Source: Paraspadella gotoi (lineage: Eukaryota > Animalia > Chaetognatha). From it: a DNA stretch of 64,000 nt. The first letter of the stretch is position 1. Every line of letters begins with the position of its first letter. The stretch is from positions 17,235,381 to 17,299,380 of the forward strand of contig CM119270.1 of the NCBI GenBank assembly GCA_051294375.1, given 5' to 3'. The translations under genes were made by a program, and so were the position numbers. The notes beneath the pieces were generated by a model. That model saw nothing but the letters and a program-made list of their open reading frames with translations. It was not told the DNA's origin and ran no database searches. Shown here piece after piece: positions 63,916 to 64,000 of the stretch.

Positions 63916-64000
63916 GATGAAAATGGCTGACAAAACACTAAGTCAATGAAATATACTATAATATACTATTATATATATTATATATCATATTATTATATAT

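Noticed and set aside
63320-63949. Acidic Asp-rich ORFs
   Set aside because: Degenerate GAT/GAC microsatellite with no domain or splice support.

Overview
Eukaryotic, most likely invertebrate animal, genomic DNA from a low-quality gap-filled draft scaffold. It is very rich in microsatellites, has many N gaps and contains several noisy duplicated blocks. Two spliced genes can be reconstructed. (1) The last three exons of a class I phosphatidylinositol transfer protein (+ strand, 237-2221). (2) Thirteen exons plus one tentative micro-exon of a soluble guanylate cyclase alpha-subunit gene (- strand, about 45253-58971) encoding H-NOX-like, PAS/HNOBA, coiled-coil and cyclase domains; its 5' exon(s) were not found. 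About a third of the window is redundant copy (inverted blocks at 5.0-9.7/15.8-20.2 kb and 41.4-44.85/44.88-48.3 kb, plus several direct duplications), most likely from long-read gap filling or uncollapsed haplotypes. The most interesting real-looking signal is that four 5' splice sites of the cyclase gene each head a tandem array (82, 66, 31 and 23 bp units, of different apparent ages) that copies the exon end plus its donor into the intron. Other notable items are an alpha subunit with a His at the beta-His105 position, a ~197-bp higher-order satellite built from GTC/ATC triplets, a DINE-1/HINE-like dispersed repeat family, and two insertions for which an apparent empty site lies elsewhere in the window. 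No prokaryotic-type system, CRISPR array or RNA gene is supported.
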